A stretch of DNA of 55,754 nt from Malacoraja senta (taxonomy: Eukaryota): the NCBI GenBank assembly GCA_038087875.1, contig JAXLNO010006171.1, positions 1 through 55,754 of the forward strand, read 5' to 3'. The position numbers and the translations under genes are program-made. The stretch's first letter is position 1. Every line of letters begins with the position of its first letter. The notes under the pieces were generated by a model. It was not told where the DNA came from. It ran no database searches and saw only the letters and a program-made list of their open reading frames with translations. Positions 47,813 through 55,754 of the stretch are shown piece after piece.

Positions 47813-48340
47813 TTAACAATCGACTCAAGCATCTTCCCCACTACCGATGTAAGGCTAACTGGTCTATAATTCCCCGTTTTCTCTCTCGCTCCTTTCTTAA
47901 AAAGTCAGGTTACATTGGCTACATTCCAGTCCACAGGAGCCGATCCAGAGTCGAGAGAACATTGGAAAAATGATCACCAATGTATCCATGATTTCTAGGG
48001 CCACCTCCTTGAGCACTCTGGGATGCAGACCATCAGGCCCTGGGGATTTATCTGCCTTCAGTCCCAATAGTTTACCTATCACCATTTCCTGACTAATGTG
48101 GATTCCCTTCAGTTCCACCCTCCCACTAGATCCTTGGTCCCCTAGTATTTCTGGGAGATTGTTTGTGTCTTCCTTAAAGACAGAACCAAAGTACTTGTTT
48201 TGCTGTTCTGCCATTTTTTTTGTTTCCCATTATAAATCCATCTGTCTCTGATTGTAAGGGTCCCACCTTTGTCTTCACTAATCTTTTCCTTTTTACATAT
48301 CTAAAGAAGCTTTTAGAGTCCATTTTTATATTCCCCGCAA
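47813..48340 (-). mobile_element. CR1 ORF2 linker fragment
   Basis: NKYFGSVF...DKSPGPDGLHPRVLKEV...NYRPVSLTSVVGKMLESI. Confidence 0.85.
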
Positions 48341-50125
48341 GGGGAATTGCATTACATGGGTTCTAACTTTATAGTTCAGAACTCCTTCAAGTAGTTTACA
48401 ATAAAAGTCAGTTACCTATATCATTGTGATCCTAAATTGATTCTATTAAATGCAGCTATTAAAGTAGCATAACATTTTGTCTTTGCATCAGTTCTTCTAA
48501 AGACTAAGTTGGCCTTTCCCCTGGAGGTTTAGGTTTAACTTGCCTTTTATATAATTGTCTATCAAGTTTGGTTATTTGTTGCACACAAAGCAAATCTAAA
48601 TGTGCGTGTGCCATTGCTTTAAATAGAAACAGAAAATGATGGAAACACTCAGCGGATCAGGCAGCATCCATGAAAATAAATGTCGGAAATGAGATTAGTG
48701 GCTTTTAGATGGCTAATGATTTTGAAGGTTATTGAACCAAGACAGGTAGATGTGTTAAGTTGTTTATCAGCCTTAATCTGAAGAGACTCCTGGCTGGACG
48801 AACAATTGCATAGAAATTGCTTACATTTAAAGTTAAACCACCAAAGAAAAGACTTGCAAACTCTTTTTAAGAACTGATGCAATCTAGACAAGGCTTTAGG
48901 CTACTTTAATGTTGTTGTTTGAGTCTGAACTGCTTTTCATGATCTTATGCTACTACTTCACCTTTGAGATGACACTCAGCCCATAGCACCAAGATCATTT
49001 AGTTCAACTTTTTAAATATCATCCATTTCTGCCCAAACCCTTAAATTGTTCCTTTTGCTACAACCAATTTTTGCTGTGCCAGTTATCCTAGCCGTTCTCC
49101 CACCGCTACTCGACATAGGTTTGTGCTACATAAAACTCTACCCTGTTTTAACTGGCTTCAAGTTTCACTCTACTTAAACCCCTCACATTATCTCATTCGC
49201 AATTAAATGTGTGGACGAGGACGCTCACTCTGATGGCAAATCAGTTTTAAGATTGTTCCTCTTATTCTCAGCTTTCTTCTTTACCACCCTATCCTGCCAG
49301 AAACATCCTTTGTTTTCTGTGGTTCTCCATTTGTGGCCTCGAATGATTTCTTTTTAGATTCTACCCAAGTGGTTCACCAGCAGCTTCACCTGCCATGGCT
49401 CAAAGCTCTTGAATTTTCTTCCATTGAAACTCCTCTCCTGCTTGAAAATTCTCCTTAAATTTTACTTTGTGACTAAACTTTCAGTTTTCTGTTCTTTGAT
49501 CTCTTTCTCTGCTTAACATCAAAAGTGAATTCTGGAAACCGTCACTCTGTCAGCCAACATCCACGGATGAATGGAGTAGACTAAGGTCAGCATTCCTGGA
49601 AGGGATGTGAAAACGACGAAAATAAAATAAAAAAAACTGCAGATCTGTTGTGTGATAATGTTGCTGTTATGTATAATGGGATATTCCATTATATGTACTA
49701 TGAGCAATGACTACTGGTATTTATAAAGTGTGGAATGCAACCCACTTCATCTCTGAAAATTTAGTTTTTGAATACTATAAAATTGATGTATGCAAGAGTG
49801 GTTAAAGATTCATTGATGAAACCTTTAAGCTGTCATAGTTCAGATGCAATATTGATTAGATGTCACAGTAAGCTGCTTAAATAGCAGTGACTTTTTTCTG
49901 TCCTTCGACCTGAATTTGAGAATAAGCTGTCAGGGTAGTGAGAAGTGTTCATTCTCAGGTTTATAGTGCTACCCACTCATTTTGGACAAACCCTTAAATA
50001 GCGAAAAGATCAATTGCTTGAATATGAACTTCTATTTCTCTCTCCACAGATGCTAACTGACCAGCTACATATTTCCTGTTTGGATTGGGAGAGTTGGCTA
50101 ATAAATAATATTTGTCTTTTTCCAG

Positions 50126-50419
50126 TGTGCTCGTTACAGGCGCTTATACACTTCACCAAGGAGCCCTATTCCCAGGATGCTTTGCACGGGCGCAGTGCAA
50201 TTCTTCGTTGTGAAGTTCAAATTCCAACAAATATAGTGTTTGAGTGGCTCCTAAATGGCAAGCCTGTAAGGACGTCTGAGCGGCGCTTCATTGAAGGCAG
50301 CAATCTACAGTTCACGGCAGTAGATCGGAGGGAGGACAGTGGCGACTTTCAGTGCATCGCTCGGAATACAGTCACTAGCGAGGAGGCTCAAACGGCAGTG
50401 GCATCTTTCAATATCAAAT
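50126..50419 (+). CDS. PTK7: PTK7 (inactive tyrosine-protein kinase 7) internal coding exon encoding Ig-like domain 1 (exon 2 equivalent)
   Basis: Translation ALIHFTKEPYSQDALHGRSAILRCEV...FEWLLNG...RRFIEGSNLQFTAVDRREDSGDFQCIARNTVTSEEAQTAVASFNIK closely matches my recollection of vertebrate PTK7 Ig1 (human ...SQDALQGRRALLRCEV...DSGTFQCVARDDVTGEEARSANASFNIKW). Acceptor tttgtctttttccag ends at 50125; donor gtgagt starts at 50420; 294 nt, phase 1-1 as is typical for Ig exons. The rest of ORF 50014..50712 is intronic read-through. Confidence 0.93.
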
Positions 50420-50545
50420 GTGAGTACCACTACTTTCTGAATAGAAATGTCCCATGCCTTAATGGGCTCCAAGTTCACCTACAGAGCTGCCAAGGATCAG
50501 AACAGCAGCTTCAGATACCAAATTGTAGTCAGAAAGAGTTATACA

Positions 50546-50737
50546 TCTATCTCTATAATTATAAAACTCTGATCATGGATGTGTGTGGATGTTTGTGCGT
50601 GTGTGTATGTGTGTATATAATCACATCTTCTCGAAAAAACGATGTGCTAACAATAAAATGTTTACATATTCCAGTAGAGATTTATCCCGTCAACTCCGAA
50701 ATCGTCATCTGAAAAAGTCATGCATTATTTCTCGAGT
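50546..50737 (+). mobile_element. Helitron 5' portion (interrupted by CR1)
   Basis: A|TCtatctctataattataaaactctgatc followed by a (GT)n-like tract; same 5' signature as 24966, 2156 and 1599. Confidence 0.65.
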
Positions 50738-53700
50738 TATAGAAACATAGAAAATAGGTGCAGGAGTAGGCCATTCGGCCCTTCAAGCCTGCACCGCCAT
50801 TTGATATGATCATGGCTGATCATCCAACTCAGTATCCCATCCCTGCCTTCTCTCCATACCCCCTGATCCCTTTAGCCACAAGGGCCACATCTAACTCCCT
50901 CTTAAATATAGCCAATGAACTGGCCTCAACTACCTTCTGTGGCAGAGAATTCCACAGATTCACCACTCTCTGTGTAAAAAATGATTTCCTCATCTCGGTC
51001 CTAAAAGTCTTCCCTCTTATCCTTAAACTGTGACCCCTAGTTCTGGACTTCCCCAACATCGGGAATAATCTTCCTGCATCTAGCCTGTCCAACCCCTTAA
51101 GAATTTTGTAAGTTTCTATAAGATCCCCCCTCAGTCTTCTGAATTCCAACGTGTACAAGCCGAGTCTATCCAGTCTTTCCTCATATGAAAGTCCTGCCAT
51201 CCCCAGGAATCAGTCTGGTGAACCTTCTCTGTACTCCCTCTATGGCAAGAATGTCTTTCCTCAGATTAGGAGACCAAAACTGTACGCAATACTCCAGGTG
51301 TGGTCTCACCAAGACCCTGTACAACTGCAGTAGAACCTCCCTGCTCTTATACTCAAATCCTTTTGCTATGAATGCTTTTTTTTTTTTTTTTAATAATTTT
51401 TTTAATAGAAGTACGGTAGATTACAGTAATGTACAACACGTATATATTAATACATTTTTTGTACCGCTTCACTTTTTTAAACTTTAAGAAAGAAAAAGAA
51501 AGAAGTAAGAAAAGTGAAGAAAGTGCGCAAAGGTTGTGAAGTGCAAAAGAGTGTTGGGAAAAGAAAGCCCCTTAGAAAAGAAGTTAGAGAAGGAAGTAAA
51601 GTTAGAAAATAGACCCTAGAAAAGAAAGAGAAAGAAAGAAGGAACAATCGCTTATTATAACTCTTATAACATACTTCATAGAGAAGGAACTACCAACCAA
51701 GTCTGTTTTTGTTTTACCTCCCATTACCAGGTCCAGATACCATTTATTTATTTATTTGTTTTTCTAAATTACTATTGCACCTCATGCTTGTAATAGGTCC
51801 AAAAACGTAGACCACGTCTTTTGAAATTGGTCTACTTTGCCTACTAGGAGGAATCTCATCTCTTCCAGATGTAATGTTTCCAACATATTTGATGTCCACA
51901 TTTTTATTGTTGGTGTGGGCGCATTTTTCCAGAATTTAAGTATAAGCTTTTTTCCCATTATTAGCCCATAATTGAGTAAATTCTTCTGATACACGTTTAA
52001 TTCAGGAATACCTTCCGATATTCCAAAAATAATCCATTCTGGTTTTGGTACCAGTTTTATTTTGATTAATTTTGAAAAAATATCAAATATTTCAAACCAG
52101 AATTTTTGGATTTTTGTACAAAAAACAAAAGAATGTGCTATGGTAGCTTCTTGACATATACATTTATCACAGATTGGTGAGACGTTAGGAAAGATTTTAT
52201 TTAGTTTGGTTTTTGAATAATATAATCTATGTAATGTTTTAAATTGGATAAGCGTATGTCGTACGTTGATCGAGCATTTATGCACCTGTGATAAATGATT
52301 ATCCCAACTCTCTTTTGAAATTTTTATACCTAGATCTTGTTCCCAATCTCTTCTAATTCCATCTGTTGTGGGTATTTCTATGTTTAAGATGATATTATAT
52401 AAGTATGATATTAAATTAACTGATTCCGCCTTTGTCTTCATTGCTTCATCTAGTAAGTCGGAAGGCATATTATAATAATCTTTTGTGTGTGTTTTCAAAT
52501 AGTCACAGATTTGTAGATATTTAAAATATTGATTATTTTTCAAATTATATTTCAGTTGTAGTTGTTGAAATTATAGTAATTTTTCTAATTCATACAGATC
52601 TTCGAGCGTTTTGATTCCCATTCTTTCCCATTGTATAAATGATTTATCTATGATTGAAGGTTTAAACGATGGGTTATTGACTATTGGTATTAAGAGAGAT
52701 AGGTTTCTTAATTTTAGATTCTGTTTTATTTGCTTCCATGTTCTAATAGTGCTATATATAATTGGATTTTTATTATAATTTTTATTATTCAAATTTATTG
52801 GAGAGAGAATAATCGCTCCTATATTATTCGGGGAGCAATCCCCTTTTTCCATTATAATCCAGTCCACCTGCTGGGCAGAATTGTCCAGCAGGTGAATCAT
52901 ATTTTTAATATTTACTGCCCAGTTATAATACATAAAGTTAGGGAGCGCTAGACCCCCCAACTCTTTTCGTTTGTTAAGGTGTGTTCTTTGTATTCTGTGG
53001 GATTTGTAATCCCATATAAAATTTGTAATGTCTGAGTCCAGTTTTTTGAAAAACTTTTTTGGGAGATATATAGGTATTGATTGAAATAGGTAAAGGATTT
53101 GTGGTAAGAAAATCATTTTTATAGCATTTATCCTACCTATTAAGGACATCGGAAGTGTTTTCCAAAATTTAATCAAATTATTTAATTTCTTAAGTAGGGG
53201 ATTATAATTAGCTTTAAACATATCATGGTAATTTCTAGTAATCTCAATTCCTAAATATTTGAATTTTTCCATAGCTATTTTAAAAGGGAATTTCCTGAGA
53301 TGTGTTGAGTCTTTTGGTTTAATCGACATAATTTCACTTTTGTTCCAATTTATTCTATATCCTGAAAAGGATCCAAAGTCCTCAATTAAGTTTAATATAT
53401 TTGGTATACTAATTTGTGGTTTTGTGATGTACAGTAGTACATCATCAGCATATAGGGATAATTTGTTGTTTGAATATTTTGTGTTATAACCGTGAATATT
53501 CGAGTGTGTTCTTATTTTTTCAGCAAGGGGTTCAATTACCAAAGCAAATAACAGCGGTGATAGTGAACATCCTTGTCTGTTGCCCCTAGATAATTCGAAT
53601 TTTGAAGATAATATATTATTAGTTAGTATTCTAGCCGTAGGTTTGTTATATAGTAGTTTTATCCATGCAATAAAGTTTTCTCCCAATTGGAATTTTTGCA

Positions 53701-55754
53701 ATACTTTGATCATATAGTCCCATTCTACTTGATCAAACGCTTTTTCTGCGTCCAGTGAGATGATAGCTAACTCTTGGTCATAAGATTTATGTGAATGCAT
53801 TATGTTAAGCAAACGTCTCAAATTATTAAATGAGTGTCTCTTAGGTATAAATCCTGTTTGATCCTCATGTATTAGTCTACTAACATACTTGCTTAATCTA
53901 TTGGCTAATGTTTTTGCTATTATTTTCTGATCCGTATTTAACAAAGCAATAGCTCTATATGATCCTGGTTCTTCTATATTTTTATCTTTTTTAAGTATTA
54001 ATATGATCGTTGATTCCGCTAGTGTTTCAGGTAGGTTTTGCTCTTTATAAGCATATGTATACATTTTTTGTAATCGTGGAGTAACTATATCATAAAAAGA
54101 TTTATAAAATTCATTACTGAATCCGTCTGGTCCTGGTGTTTTTCCATTTTTTAGTGTTTTTATTGTGTCTTCTATCTCCTTAGAAGTAATTTGTGCTCCC
54201 AGTTCCTCTTGTTCCCTGCGTTCTAATTGTGGTAGATTACAATTATCTAAAAATTCTGAGATTTTATTATTGTCTATTGACGTTTTAGATGTGTATAGAT
54301 TCTGGTAAAATTGAGCAAATCTTTTATTAATATCCTTGGGTAGTGTTAATACTTCCCCTCTATCTGATTTAATCTTTAATATTGCATTCTCTTTTTCCCG
54401 TTTTTTAAGTTGTCGTGCTAGAAGTTTGTGGGGTTTGTCCCCGAATTCGAAGTGTTCTTGTTTTGTGATTTGAAATAATGTTATAACTTTCTCTGACAGT
54501 AATTTATTTAACTGAAATTTCAGTAGTAGTATTTTATTATGTTTATCCATAGTTGGGTCTTTAGCATTATCTATATCTAACTGTTTTATTTGATCTTCTA
54601 AGTGTCTTTGTTCATTCTTATTCTTTTTATTTTGATAAGCTTGAAATGAAATAATGACTCCTCTTATAAATGCTTTGAAGGATTCCCATAATAACGTGGG
54701 GGATATCTCTGGTGTATCATTTAACTCAAAAAATAGATCCATCTGTTTTTTTAGATAGATACTCCCTTGAGGGTCTTTTAAAATTTGTGAGTTAAACCTC
54801 CAGAACGGTTTATTCATAGACATTCCTTCTAGTTTTAGAACAAAAGTTAACGGAGAATGATCTGAGATCGCATTAATATGATATTTAGGATTCAGAGATG
54901 TAAGAGTTCACTGGTTTTAGATTTCGTCTGACCTTTTTGTTTTTGCATCGATTTATCTAAATAAGGATCTAAAACACAATTAAAATCTCCTCCGATTATA
55001 ACATTTTGATAATTAGATTCTGCAATTATATTCAGAATTTTATTAAAAAATTGAGGATTATCAAAGTTGGGCGCATATATGTTTACCAGCGTGATTGGCA
55101 TATTATTGATCTTGCTATGAATGCTAACATACCATTTGCTTTCTTCACTGCCTGCTGCACCTACATTCCTACTTTCAATGACTGGTGTACCATGACACCC
55201 AGGTCTCGTTGCATCTCCCCTTTTCCTAACTGGCCACCATTCAGATAATAGTCTACTTTCCTGTTTTTGCCACCAAAGTGGATAACCTCACATTTATCCA
55301 CATTATACTGCATCTGCCATGCCTTTGCCCACTCACCCAACCTATCCAAGTCACCTTGCAGCCTCTTAGCATCCTCCTCACAGCTAACACTGCCCCCCAG
55401 CTTCGTGTCATCCGCAAACTTGGAGATGTTGCATTCAATTCCCTCATCCAGATCATTAATATATATTGTAAATAGCTGGGGTCCCAGCACTGAGCCTTGC
55501 GGTACCCCACTAGTCACTGCCTGCCATTCTGAAAAGGACCCGTTTACTCCTACTCTTTGCTTCCTGTCTGCCAGCCAGTTCTCTATCCACATCAATACTG
55601 AACCCCCAATACCATGTGCTTTAAGTTTGTATGCTAATCTCTTATGTGGGACCTTGTCGAAAGCCTTCTGAAAGTCCAGATATAACACATCCACTGGTTC
55701 TCCCTTATCCACTCTACTAGTTACATCCTCGAAAAATTCTATAAGATTCGTCAG
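50738..55754 (-). mobile_element. Young CR1 LINE (RT and 3' end), interrupted by L1, runs off window end
   Basis: YLDFQKAFDKV...GVPQGSVLGP...KFADDTKL (55161-55712); LSYEERL...RTRGH...FFTQRVVNLWNSLP (50829-51200); tail (tagaaaca)n at ~50738. Confidence 0.93.
51377..55111 (-). mobile_element. Young 5'-truncated L1-clade LINE (partial EN, RT, Cys-rich domain, poly(A))
   Basis: VNIYAPN/GGDFN (EN), SDHSP, KTPGPDG, SLDAEKAFD, GNRQGCSLSP, LYADD; a nonsense codon at 52571-52573 and an EN deletion near 54890; 14-bp TSD ttgctatgaatgct (51363-51376, 55112-55125). Confidence 0.95.

Noticed and set aside
52571-54823. Active or domesticated reverse transcriptase gene
   Set aside because: 5'-truncated L1 with EN deletion, a nonsense codon, poly(A) and TSD; a dead-on-arrival copy.

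Overview
Vertebrate genomic DNA, most likely from a cartilaginous fish (skate/ray-like repeat content: HE1/V-SINE-type SINEs, CR1, Rex1/Babar, AT-rich L1, Tc1, Harbinger, Helitron, Penelope-like remnants). The only host coding sequence I can support is one 294-nt phase-1/phase-1 exon (50126-50419, + strand) encoding the first Ig domain of PTK7. The window is therefore about 50 kb of the upstream intron, this exon, and the start of the next intron. Almost every ORF in the supplied track is a transposon fragment or a chance/antisense ORF. Points of interest: (1) a family of long CpG-rich non-autonomous retroposons with Rex1-like 3' tails, a non-tRNA head and a covarying RNA hairpin; (2) about 15 Penelope-derived terminal repeats, several carrying decayed minimal hammerhead-ribozyme cores, including a palindromic copy; (3) an apparent spliced, frameshifted exon for a Spindlin/Tudor-like domain, absent from the ORF track, inside an unclassified DNA-transposon-like segment; (4) L1 insertions sharing a non-canonical T/AGCATT target; (5) cleanly datable nested insertions (hAT MITE into a Helitron CTAG end, solo LTR into a Rex1 tail, Helitron<CR1<L1). 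All family names come from motif recognition by eye, not from database searches. Boundaries of degenerate repeats are approximate.
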